A stretch of DNA of 64,000 bases from a phage. Positions within the stretch are counted from its first letter, which is position 1. Every line of letters begins with the position of its first letter. Both the position numbers and the translations under genes were made by a program. The notes beneath the pieces are model-generated. The model worked only from the letters and a program-made list of their open reading frames with translations. It made no database searches and was not told the origin of the DNA. Positions 19,546-28,012 of the stretch are shown here, piece after piece. Where the stretch lies: the sequence record PZ386980.1; one strand, given 5' to 3'.

Positions 19546-20292
19546 TTATCCTCGGATAAGTTTAAAAATTGAACAATTTAGCGGGTATCCTCTTTTCAGT
19601 TTAAGTTTATCAATAAAAGACAAGTTTTGATACCGCTCTACACCTTGAATAATTTTATCACACATATCATATTGCATTTCTGCTTCTGACAACTTTTTCA
19701 CAATTTTCCAATCCGAGCCTTTAAGAAGAACGTTCAGTTTAACAACTTCAGCGCCTTCTGCTATGCGAGAACCATCAATACGAGCTTTAAGTGCTATAAT
19801 CCTTAGCTTAATGTCAGAGGTCTGTTTTGATTTAGAAAGCTGAGAAATGTGTTCAATTCGATTTTCACGCTTTTTCTGTATAGCTTTAATTTGATTATAA
19901 GTCTTTTTGATTTTAGCCCATTTCTTTTCATCTAAATTTAGTTTATGAACTTTTTTCGCAGATGAACGACCAATTCGCAAAGCAAATAAATCCCGTTTTT
20001 CAATCAACTCTTCTAAAGTATAATCAGAACGAAATGTATTATACTTTTTCTTTACTGCAATAACATTCCCTTTAATGTATCCAATGTTATTATCAAAACG
20101 TTCTAATGATAATTTCTCTCCTTCAATACGATTATCAAAAGGTTCTCCTGAATAGGCACAAACTTTTTGATCTAAAATGTTCTTAATGTAATTGAAGTCT
20201 AAGTTAAAATCTTTAGAACGTCTTTTTGCAGATGCCTGAGTGTGCTCTAAACGACGTTTAATTTTACGAATTTGATTATTAGACAGTTTCAT
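19546..20292 (-). CDS. Srd-like protein (248 aa), by position and size
   Basis: lies between dda.1 and modA as srd does in T4; basic K/R-rich; sequence identity not verified. Confidence 0.4.
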   Translation of the reverse strand: MKLSNNQIRKIKRRLEHTQASAKRRSKDFNLDFNYIKNILDQKVCAYSGEPFDNRIEGEKLSLERFDNNIGYIKGNVIAVKKKYNTFRSDYTLEELIEKRDLFALRIGRSSAKKVHKLNLDEKKWAKIKKTYNQIKAIQKKRENRIEHISQLSKSKQTSDIKLRIIALKARIDGSRIAEGAEVVKLNVLLKGSDWKIVKKLSEAEMQYDMCDKIIQGVERYQNLSFIDKLKLKRGYPLNCSIFKLIRG

Positions 20293-20414
20293 ATTTTTCT
20301 CACATCTTACGGACGATTGACTACTATACTATAACATTTTTACCTTAGCTTGTAAACAACTTTATGTAAAAATGCTTTAAAAATTTCATGGTATAATGAA
20401 TCTAAGTCCTTCCA

Positions 20415-21017
20415 TTATAGATTAAATCCTTCAAAATCAAGAGTATAGATAGTGTATGTTGAATACTTTTTATACTCATATCTATCCGCAATTCTAAATA
20501 CACTTCCAGCTGGTATCATTACTTCTTGTTCATCTGAAACTAATTCCATATTACGATAACGATGGCTATCCGGAAACTTAAAGTTTGGATTGTATTCTTT
20601 ACAGCGTAGAGCTTTTATAGCATACTCCTGGAAATTGAATACCATAGGAGCTTTGAATTCAAAAATAACCTGTGTGTTATACTCTAAACCGGAAGCAAAA
20701 TGTAGAGCTATATTTTTATCATATGAAGCTGATACTACTTTATCAAATGTAATAATATCAATTCCTTGATTTAACACTTGCTTAGTCTCGACTGGAACAC
20801 CTCTCCAAAGAGGTTTATCGTTTGGAACCAAACGAGATTTGATTATTTCATTTAACCAAGAATGGTCATCTGGTTTGTTGGTAATACAATGAATTAAAAG
20901 TTCAATTTCAGATAAATTAAACCCTTCAGAAAGCAATTCTTCACGAATAGAAGCACGCACCGATGCATCCATTGATTTTATTTTAAAATCTTTTAGTTGC
21001 ATTACTGAGTATTTCAT
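20415..21017 (-). CDS. modA: ModA ADP-ribosyltransferase
   Basis: 200 aa; R-S-E ART signature (LWRG, SAS, EQEVMIP); size and order match T4 modA. Confidence 0.8.
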   Translation of the reverse strand: MKYSVMQLKDFKIKSMDASVRASIREELLSEGFNLSEIELLIHCITNKPDDHSWLNEIIKSRLVPNDKPLWRGVPVETKQVLNQGIDIITFDKVVSASYDKNIALHFASGLEYNTQVIFEFKAPMVFNFQEYAIKALRCKEYNPNFKFPDSHRYRNMELVSDEQEVMIPAGSVFRIADRYEYKKYSTYTIYTLDFEGFNL

Positions 21018-21637
21018 TCAACTACCTCAATATCATAAACTTTAAATGTTCCAAATGAATCGTGTAATTTTTCTTTTGAAATAGAATTTATTTTATACTT
21101 TCCAATTGGAATCATCCATTCTTGTTCATGTACAATCATCATTAAGTTATCAGTTCTTTCTGAATCTAACCCATCAGTATCTTCATACGTGTACTTAAAC
21201 TCAGTATTAGGAGAAGAAAGTATAATATCGCTGATATGGTCAGAATAATTAAAAGCTTTATCAGTTTTTAAACGAAGTATTGTTTCAGTGAAATATTCAG
21301 CATAAGAAAAAGAACACGCTGTATGCAAACTAGTAGTAAATGAATCTACCCTGTTCGTTGAAAACACTTCTCCAACCTGTAAATCTTTAATAAGTTCTTT
21401 TGTCGATTTTGATATACCACGATATAATTGATAAGGCGATTTAGTTAAATGCTTTTTAATGATTTTATTCAACTGTCTGTGAAGAGCTTCATTCTTTTTG
21501 GCTTCCATACATTGCCAAAGAACAGACTGCTCAAAGTCAGTAAATTTTTCACAGACTTTTTTATACATATCATATTGAAAATCAACGCTTTCAGCTTTTA
21601 TAGATAACTGTTCAACATCTGCAGGATTAATAATCAT
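21014..21637 (-). CDS. modB: ModB ADP-ribosyltransferase
   Basis: 207 aa; ART-like (LYRG ... STN ... EQEWMIP); immediately upstream of modA. Confidence 0.8.
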   Translation of the reverse strand: MIINPADVEQLSIKAESVDFQYDMYKKVCEKFTDFEQSVLWQCMEAKKNEALHRQLNKIIKKHLTKSPYQLYRGISKSTKELIKDLQVGEVFSTNRVDSFTTSLHTACSFSYAEYFTETILRLKTDKAFNYSDHISDIILSSPNTEFKYTYEDTDGLDSERTDNLMMIVHEQEWMIPIGKYKINSISKEKLHDSFGTFKVYDIEVVE

Positions 21638-21704
21638 GATAGCCTCCGTATACTTCAGAAGCTATCATATCATCGTTAGAAAGGAAAGTAAACAACTTTT
21701 TGAA

Positions 21705-21887
21705 TTATTTTGCCCAGGGAGCCCAAGGCGGAGGGTCAAGATGGTATGAAGCTAGTTCTTCTAGAAGAGCATCTGGGGCTTCAATTCCATAATTCTGTAA
21801 TACTATACGGTACTCTTTCTTATAATCACTAGAATCATTCTGGATATTCGTAGAATGATTATCTTCTAACATCTCAAATAAATCCAT
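21705..21887 (-). CDS. hypothetical protein (60 aa)
   Basis: ORF track. Confidence 0.4.
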   Translation of the reverse strand: MDLFEMLEDNHSTNIQNDSSDYKKEYRIVLQNYGIEAPDALLEELASYHLDPPPWAPWAK

Positions 21888-21895
21888 ATTAATTC

Positions 21896-22378
21896 CTAGC
21901 GATAAAAACCAAATTGACGATTAGCTTCAATAATCTTTCTTTCTTCTTCGGACATTCTCCAGCGTAGTCCAACATCAAAATGAGCCCAGACCATCTTAAC
22001 AAATGCATTTATATCTTTAATATCTTCAATAATGAATGTTTTACTTTTAGAAGGTTGACCTGCTAAATTAAGTGCTAATTTAACGTTATCATCTTCAAAC
22101 AAGTCAAAAAGACCATATTCATGAGCTCTTTTATAGCCTTTAATAGTTAAAGCTTCGGAAGAAGAAAACGGTGAATCAGTATTCTGTAAAATATCTTCAG
22201 TATGCTTTATAATTAGAATAACATTTTCTGGATATTTTCTTTCTTTTATATCTTTAATTAAAAAATCCGGATTTTCTGCTAAAGGAATAATTAATGAGCA
22301 TTTTTTATCAAGTGTATTTACTGATTTACCTTCTTTGGACATAAATTCTATTGAATAATGTTTTGCTACTTCAATCAT
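21896..22378 (-). CDS. hypothetical protein (160 aa)
   Basis: ORF track. Confidence 0.5.
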   Translation of the reverse strand: MIEVAKHYSIEFMSKEGKSVNTLDKKCSLIIPLAENPDFLIKDIKERKYPENVILIIKHTEDILQNTDSPFSSSEALTIKGYKRAHEYGLFDLFEDDNVKLALNLAGQPSKSKTFIIEDIKDINAFVKMVWAHFDVGLRWRMSEEERKIIEANRQFGFYR

Positions 22379-22535
22379 GTGATTTCCTTTTGCCTACTAA
22401 TGGACCGTCAGGAATTTTATTTTCCTGGATATACTTCTCATTTTCTTCCATCATTTTACTGCCAATTTTAAGAAGCAAATCCAAGGCTTCATTTGCTTTA
22501 GCCTTTGCCTCTTCTAACGTCATATCTTTGGTCAT
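22371..22535 (-). CDS. small hypothetical protein (~54 aa)
   Basis: own translation [31 protein letters not shown]...; ATGA overlaps both neighbours. Confidence 0.3.
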   Translation of the reverse strand: MTKDMTLEEAKAKANEALDLLLKIGSKMMEENEKYIQENKIPDGPLVGKRKSHD

Positions 22536-22735
22536 GATTTATCACCATAGATGTCTCTCATCAATTTAAGCGCTGAGCGTTCTAATTTCTTTTCTTTCTC
22601 AGCACTAATCATTGATTTCATCCATTCTTCCGATTCGTTCTGCATTTCTTTATTTGCTTGTTCAACCCAACCATCATCAATATACATTGAGTTTGGTCTA
22701 TTGAACCATTCAAGAATCTTCTTGAGAGCTTTCAT
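22532..22735 (-). CDS. hypothetical protein (67 aa)
   Basis: ORF track. Confidence 0.45.
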   Translation of the reverse strand: MKALKKILEWFNRPNSMYIDDGWVEQANKEMQNESEEWMKSMISAEKEKKLERSALKLMRDIYGDKS

Positions 22736-23207
22736 TTATTTTACCTAAAACAATAGTATGGACACCGTCAAATTCATGAATTTTTAGCAAATTTGGATTT
22801 AAATTATTCCATAAAGAAGTAATAAAATATGATAACGCACTTTCGTCCGTAATTATAAATTTATTTCCTTTATCTATTTTCCAATCATATATTGAATCAT
22901 ATGAATAGAAGGATAACGGTTTATTATTATAATATGCTTCAGCAACATCAATATAGTTAGATTTAGTAAATGCTTGAATTGCCATAAATGGAGAATTTTG
23001 TACAGTTTCAATAATTCCGATCTTTTTAAGTTTTATTTCAACATCTTCTGGAACTGGCATTGAAATAAAATCTTCTACTAGATACATGTTATTGTCATAT
23101 CTTTTGTCAATCATTACTGCTACGGTAATTGGAACATCCTTGACAAACGCCATACTAATACTATTGATAGACATTTCAAACAAAATCGCTTCCATAATTT
23201 TCCTCAA
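22710..23207 (-). CDS. hypothetical protein (165 aa)
   Basis: ORF track; start may be a downstream Met. Confidence 0.5.
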   Translation of the reverse strand: MRKIMEAILFEMSINSISMAFVKDVPITVAVMIDKRYDNNMYLVEDFISMPVPEDVEIKLKKIGIIETVQNSPFMAIQAFTKSNYIDVAEAYYNNKPLSFYSYDSIYDWKIDKGNKFIITDESALSYFITSLWNNLNPNLLKIHEFDGVHTIVLGKINESSQEDS

Positions 23208-23548
23208 TCACAAGATGTAGATGAACAACTAGAATCACAAGAACTTCCACATGAATCGCCCGTCCATACATGAACAGGAACATTAGTATCATATGAATCA
23301 GAACTAGATTGTGTATTCTGTGTGTTAGATGATGTAGTAGGTGTTGACCAGCGCCAAGGATTTTTATAATATTCTTGGGCTTCTTCATAAGTCATAGTAA
23401 CTGCTTCTACTGTTCCATCTCCCATATAAACATACTCAACTACAGTTAAAGGAAGGTAGTTATTTGAAATAGGAACTACACCTTCCCCAGGAGTCGTAGA
23501 GAAAAAATCCGTAAAGAATCTTTTAAACCATTTAAAGATAAACATCAC
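23204..23548 (-). CDS. hypothetical protein with Cys/Ser-rich tail (114 aa)
   Basis: ends ...[20 protein letters not shown]. Confidence 0.5.
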   Translation of the reverse strand: MMFIFKWFKRFFTDFFSTTPGEGVVPISNNYLPLTVVEYVYMGDGTVEAVTMTYEEAQEYYKNPWRWSTPTTSSNTQNTQSSSDSYDTNVPVHVWTGDSCGSSCDSSCSSTSCD

Positions 23549-23757
23549 AAAAATCCTCTTTGAAATTCGACTCTTTGAAATCCATCCCAGTCAGTATATC
23601 GCATTTCAGCATTGAACTCGACTGAACCATCCGCATGCATCATGAATGAATGCGTGACAACATCACAATCCCAGCTTTTCATACCCCATTTATCAGAGAT
23701 AGCTTTATCAAGAACCTTCTGAAGGTCTTCATTTGGTTTAATCCAACGATTTAACAT
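23545..23757 (-). CDS. hypothetical protein (70 aa)
   Basis: ORF track. Confidence 0.45.
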   Translation of the reverse strand: MLNRWIKPNEDLQKVLDKAISDKWGMKSWDCDVVTHSFMMHADGSVEFNAEMRYTDWDGFQRVEFQRGFL

Positions 23758-23821
23758 AGTGTTCTCCTCTATAAGATATTTTTATTATACCACACTCATT
23801 TTGACATGTAAACCATAAAAT

Positions 23822-23848
23822 GAAAAAAGGAATCCCGAAGGATTCCTT
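23822..23848 (-). terminator. rho-independent terminator downstream of soc
   Basis: GGAAUCCUUCGGGAUUCC hairpin plus U-run on the minus transcript, 8 nt past the soc stop. Confidence 0.55.
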
Positions 23849-23855
23849 AAATTAT

Positions 23856-24113
23856 TTAACCACCTACACCTGGTGTAGGTGTAACAGTCCAAAGACCTTC
23901 ATTAGCAGTGATCCATTCAGTACGCTGATTTTCTTCATATACTGTAGAATATGCTGCTTTTTCAGAAGGGAATGTCTGATAATGAGCACCAGAAATTTTG
24001 TGAACATCAGAATAAAGAGGGAAAGCTACAGAAATTTCTTTACCCTGAATTGTACCACCATCAACTGTTTGGTCAAATGTTTTAATATTAACATAACCGC
24101 GAGTACTAGCCAT
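23856..24113 (-). CDS. soc: Soc small outer capsid protein
   Basis: 85 aa, MASTRGYVNIKTFDQTVDGGTIQGKEISVAFPLYSDVHKISGAHYQTFPSEKAAYSTVYEENQRTEW...; matches T4 Soc. Confidence 0.85.
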   Translation of the reverse strand: MASTRGYVNIKTFDQTVDGGTIQGKEISVAFPLYSDVHKISGAHYQTFPSEKAAYSTVYEENQRTEWITANEGLWTVTPTPGVGG

Positions 24114-24181
24114 GTAATTCTCCTTTTATTTAAATTACATGATTATTTATAATAAATTCTCGCGGCTTTTAAGACGAGCTG

Positions 24182-24700
24182 TTAATAACCTCGGTCTTGA
24201 CGTGCGAAATTTTCAGCATTTTTCAGGTAATAAAGTTTAAAGATTTCTTCAGCTGTAAGACCAAGACCCTGGAACATATTCAGAACGAAATGGAGAATAT
24301 CAATCATTTCAAATTTAATTTCCAATTGGTCTTGTGGAGACAAATCAGTAATCAGAGTTTCACGGCGTTCACCATGCTGCGACTTCCAAGGCTTCCATAC
24401 AGCAGATGCATCTTTTTCACCATTGCTCATACCACCAAGAGAAGTCAGAAGTTCGCGGAATTCATCATCAATATAATCTTTCTGATTACGCAGCCAATCA
24501 ACAACTTCACCTGCGGTAGCCAAATCATCAGGATGACGGTTATATTCAGGTTTATCTTTAGCTAAACGAACCTGTAGAGATTTCTGCATATCAAGCATAA
24601 CCTGCAGCGGGTCTTTTTCATCACCAAGAATATCCCAGTATTCATTTTGAGCTTTATCAGCGCCTTCAATCAGTTGTGAACATTCGTTAAAGTAAGCCAT
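24182..24700 (-). CDS. 56: dCTPase/dUTPase (MazG-like)
   Basis: 172 aa from MAYFNECSQLIEG (track ORF over-extended upstream); matches T4 gp56. Confidence 0.88.
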   Translation of the reverse strand: MAYFNECSQLIEGADKAQNEYWDILGDEKDPLQVMLDMQKSLQVRLAKDKPEYNRHPDDLATAGEVVDWLRNQKDYIDDEFRELLTSLGGMSNGEKDASAVWKPWKSQHGERRETLITDLSPQDQLEIKFEMIDILHFVLNMFQGLGLTAEEIFKLYYLKNAENFARQDRGY

Positions 24701-24729
24701 TATTTTTCCTTTCAATTCATGGGTTAGTA

Positions 24730-24762
24730 GATTAATTATACAATAAATATATAAAGCAATAA
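24730..24762 (-). promoter_or_regulatory. candidate MotA-dependent middle promoter for gene 56
   Basis: minus strand ATTGCTTTAT - spacer - TATAAT. Confidence 0.45.
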
Positions 24763-24771
24763 GGAGGACAT

Positions 24772-24972
24772 ATGGTACAAAAATTAATGGCACTTGTTAA
24801 TGCCATCAAAGGTAATAAAAAGCGTATAGCTTTTACTATTTCTGCTATGGTAGGAATTTTACTCTGGAACTTTATTTTATCACCAATTGCAATTGCGCAT
24901 GGTGTTAATATTCCAGTAGTTACTCTTGATACATTTGTAGATTTAGCATTTGCTTTAGTTGGGTTAATTTAA
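24772..24972 (+). CDS. candidate plus-strand small membrane protein (66 aa)
   Basis: ATG 4 nt after AAGGAGGA; two hydrophobic segments; sits in the 56-61 gap, convergent with gene 61. Confidence 0.4.
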   Translation: MVQKLMALVNAIKGNKKRIAFTISAMVGILLWNFILSPIAIAHGVNIPVVTLDTFVDLAFALVGLI

Positions 24973-25997
24973 ATCTTAGCATATTTAGATAACCGCATTT
25001 TAGCCATCAACCCCTGTGCAATATTATTTTTCATATATTCCATAATTTGTTCAGGGGTTGCACCTTCCTTTCTAATCATATCATTAACATCTTTTGATTT
25101 CCAGGGAGATTTATCCCAAAACATAACCCTTTCTCCTGCATCAACTAATTTAGTCATTCGTTTGATAGTGTCAGGGTGACGAGGTTCATTATCTAAAACC
25201 CACACACGTCTATCTTTAAATGGAACAACTTCTAGGTCTAATTGACCACCTGTAATAGCTATACCATTTTCAATAAAAAGTGAATCTATAGGTCCTTCTA
25301 GAACATATACATCACCATCTTTAACTCGTTCGACTCCATAGATTTTTGTTGCTTCAGGATAAGCTTTGATAGTGATATATTTTTGGGGAGCATCTTTCTT
25401 TAATGCACGTCCTTGAAAAGACTCGGCTTTTCCATTAGCATTATAAATTGGAATAACAAGACGAGGCTCAGAAATTTCCTTTTTGTATGTTCCCGGTGCT
25501 ATGCTATTAACTAATTTAGGCCATTCAGTTGTAAACCAAAGATATTTCCATTTATCCTTTGGAATACAACGAGCTTTTACATATTTTATAATTGGATGGT
25601 CTTCCGCCAGTTTATCTAATCTAACACATGACGGAAGAGATTTAATCATTTTCTTCTCAGGTTGTTTAGGAAGTTCTTTAGGTTTTTCTACTGGACGACT
25701 TTTACCTTTTTCTTTTCTTATTTCAAAGATATACTCACGATATAAATCAGGTTCAAACTCCTTTAAATATATTCCGATTGGTGCATGATAGTTACAGTTA
25801 TAACAATGAATATTTCCTTCATTATTATCACCATAATACCATCCACGAGCTTTATTCTGGTCGGTTTTTGAATCTCCGCAAACAGGGCATCTAAACCGTA
25901 ATTTAAAAGTTGAACTATTATTTACTTGTGTGAATTTAGGTAAATGAGCCAATGCACGATACGCAAACTCATTATCAATCCAAGGTATTGATGACAT
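24969..25997 (-). CDS. 61: DNA primase
   Basis: 342 aa, MSSIPWIDNEFAYRALAHLPKFTQVNNSSTFKLRFRCPVCGDS (zinc ribbon); matches T4 gp61. Confidence 0.9.
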   Translation of the reverse strand: MSSIPWIDNEFAYRALAHLPKFTQVNNSSTFKLRFRCPVCGDSKTDQNKARGWYYGDNNEGNIHCYNCNYHAPIGIYLKEFEPDLYREYIFEIRKEKGKSRPVEKPKELPKQPEKKMIKSLPSCVRLDKLAEDHPIIKYVKARCIPKDKWKYLWFTTEWPKLVNSIAPGTYKKEISEPRLVIPIYNANGKAESFQGRALKKDAPQKYITIKAYPEATKIYGVERVKDGDVYVLEGPIDSLFIENGIAITGGQLDLEVVPFKDRRVWVLDNEPRHPDTIKRMTKLVDAGERVMFWDKSPWKSKDVNDMIRKEGATPEQIMEYMKNNIAQGLMAKMRLSKYAKI

Positions 25998-25999
25998 TT

Positions 26000-26164
26000 T
26001 TACTCTTCTTTTTCTTTAGATTCCTCTTTTTTCTTTTTAGGAATCTGTTCAGGACCTTTATTTACTACAGCACCTGATGTTGTTCCAGTAGAGATATTTT
26101 CAGGATTACCACCTGAATCTCCAGCTACCATATCTTCTTTAATAAATTCTTTATATGTTTTCAT
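26000..26164 (-). CDS. small hypothetical protein (54 aa)
   Basis: own translation MKTYKEFIKEDMVAGDSGGNPENISTGTTSGAVVNKGPEQIPKKKKEE... Confidence 0.4.
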   Translation of the reverse strand: MKTYKEFIKEDMVAGDSGGNPENISTGTTSGAVVNKGPEQIPKKKKEESKEKEE

Positions 26165-26165
26165 A

Positions 26166-26522
26166 TTAACCTCTATTCATAAAAGCATTAAAAATTTGGT
26201 CATCAATAGATGGAATAGCAACCTTTTCGGCATCATTTAGCAAATCATTAATTTCATCAGATAACATAACACATGTGCCTTTATTTCCTGTAATTGTTAC
26301 TGCACAATTACGAACGTTTTCTTTATCAAATTTTAGGTTAATATTTTCGTAGTGAAAATCCTTTAATGCCGAATATATCTTTAAAATGAAATTGTCTTTT
26401 ACTACAATAAACCCAACCTCACTATTAAAACATGGTTCATGGAAACTGTAATAAACCTTTTCATCTATAAAATCGTATGAAATTTTTTCCATTTTTAAAT
26501 ATGAAAATTCAGAACTATACAT
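26166..26522 (-). CDS. hypothetical protein (118 aa) with shared C-terminal cassette
   Basis: C-terminus ...SIDDQIFNAFMNRG almost identical to the next ORF. Confidence 0.5.
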   Translation of the reverse strand: MYSSEFSYLKMEKISYDFIDEKVYYSFHEPCFNSEVGFIVVKDNFILKIYSALKDFHYENINLKFDKENVRNCAVTITGNKGTCVMLSDEINDLLNDAEKVAIPSIDDQIFNAFMNRG

Positions 26523-26523
26523 A

Positions 26524-27165
26524 TTAACCTTTATTCATAAAAGCATTAAAAATTTGATCGTCAATAGAAACATTTACTTTAGACTGTTCTTCAAACGGTA
26601 ATTCATATCCACATATTACAATTTTGTGATCGATACCAAAATACACAGAAGCAATATGATTAATATTATTTTCAGTGAAATCTAAATCAACATCAATATC
26701 TTTTTGACTAACGCTCAAAGGATAATTAATACGAATAATTCGATTATCTTTAACAAAGATTCCACCGACATACTCTGTGTTGCGTTTAAAGTTTACACGT
26801 TTCCTAAATGAAAAATATTCAGGTTCTTTATGAGCCCGACTCATAGGACACAATGAGTAGCTAGAATAAGAGATGTCAAATCCTACACCTTCAATATGAG
26901 CCAACGTGTCATGATTAAACCAATTATAATCATATGCCAAATCCATTATATTGTAATATGTGAAAGGCACCGGATTAACATCATGTGTTGTACCTTTAAA
27001 ATCTGCCCAGGCAACGATTTCGTTATCTTTAACAATTACAAAAATTGTGCCAATAAGATATCCACGGTTATTTTCATCAGGCGTTATATTATAACATTGC
27101 GCATCAGGAAATTTACCGTATTTAAACGGTGGATTTTTGTGCATATAATAAATCATATTATTCAC
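26524..27165 (-). CDS. hypothetical protein (213 aa) with shared C-terminal cassette
   Basis: C-terminus ...SIDDQIFNAFMNKG. Confidence 0.5.
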   Translation of the reverse strand: MNNMIYYMHKNPPFKYGKFPDAQCYNITPDENNRGYLIGTIFVIVKDNEIVAWADFKGTTHDVNPVPFTYYNIMDLAYDYNWFNHDTLAHIEGVGFDISYSSYSLCPMSRAHKEPEYFSFRKRVNFKRNTEYVGGIFVKDNRIIRINYPLSVSQKDIDVDLDFTENNINHIASVYFGIDHKIVICGYELPFEEQSKVNVSIDDQIFNAFMNKG

Positions 27166-27451
27166 CTGTGATTTCGGTTACGATATTTTTGTTATTAAAG
27201 TTTTTATCGCAATACAGAACATAATTATACTGCATTACACCACCAGACTTAAGTTGTTTTTGCACTTCAGCTTTCATTTTAGGACGATCGCGCTCAACAA
27301 TATTCATAATATCCGCTTCAATTTGAGTTTCAACTTCAGTCTGATCTGCAGTCATAGACCATTCACACAAGTCTTTATCATATCCTGCCATAGCAGGCTG
27401 AGCAGCACAAGAAGCCAAAGTAAAAATTGTAGCAAAAATAAATTTTTTCAT
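27158..27451 (-). CDS. periplasmic or lipoprotein, possible Spackle (61.3 position)
   Basis: 97 aa; signal peptide MKKFIFATIFTLASCAAQPAMA; same size and location as T4 sp, identity by synteny only. Confidence 0.45.
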   Translation of the reverse strand: MKKFIFATIFTLASCAAQPAMAGYDKDLCEWSMTADQTEVETQIEADIMNIVERDRPKMKAEVQKQLKSGGVMQYNYVLYCDKNFNNKNIVTEITGE

Positions 27452-27459
27452 GATAATCT

Positions 27460-27512
27460 CCTCAGTAGTTTATGTTTATATAGTATCTCAATTTCCAACA
27501 AAAGTAAACAGC
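27460..27512 (-). promoter_or_regulatory. early promoter
   Basis: minus strand GTTTAC - 17 nt - GATACTATATAAAC. Confidence 0.45.
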
Positions 27513-27811
27513 TATTTTAAAACTTCTGCGTAATCACATGTTACAAACTGTTTCTCTAGCTTAACGATTTTACGAAAATACCTTTTATACTGACGAATCT
27601 GCCTCTTCGTAGGACGTACAGCAAACTTAATAAATTCCACTCGACCAAATGGAGGACTTTCTTCTGCTGGAATATCTAACACCAATTCCCATGTATCCGC
27701 AATAAGTGCTTTGAATTGAGTATTTTTCCTGACGTTATACGGAGTAGGTTTAAATAAAACAATATGCATATTATCCTCGGCAATCCACTTCGCACACTTT
27801 CTTGTCATCAA
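27512..27811 (-). CDS. hypothetical protein (99 aa)
   Basis: ORF track. Confidence 0.45.
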   Translation of the reverse strand: MMTRKCAKWIAEDNMHIVLFKPTPYNVRKNTQFKALIADTWELVLDIPAEESPPFGRVEFIKFAVRPTKRQIRQYKRYFRKIVKLEKQFVTCDYAEVLK

Positions 27812-27953
27812 TGAAAGCTTTAACTAATGCTTTATTAACTTCAGCATATTGAGTAGTAGCCCATTGAACGTCATCTTTCATCATTGTGATTTCTTTAGTA
27901 AACATGCTTTCATTCTTAAACCACCCCATAAAAACTACCTTTACCAATTCCAT
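27771..27953 (-). CDS. 60-aa protein at the dmd (61.5) position, possible Dmd antitoxin
   Basis: exactly 60 aa, immediately downstream of gene 41; assignment by size and synteny only. Confidence 0.4.
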   Translation of the reverse strand: MELVKVVFMGWFKNESMFTKEITMMKDDVQWATTQYAEVNKALVKAFIDDKKVCEVDCRG

Positions 27954-27974
27954 AACAATCTCCTCATTTAACCA

Positions 27975-28012
27975 ACAAGACTACTATACCATAGTCTTGT
28001 CAGCTTGTAAAC
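27975..28012 (-). promoter_or_regulatory. early promoter overlapping gene 41 stop
   Basis: minus strand GTTTAC - 17 nt - GGTATAGTAG. Confidence 0.45.

Noticed and set aside
24700-24793. N-terminal hydrophobic extension of the gene 56 ORF in the track (203 aa)
   Set aside because: The extension starts at a non-ATG codon and runs through the gene 56 promoter; the conserved dCTPase begins at MAYFNE (172 aa).
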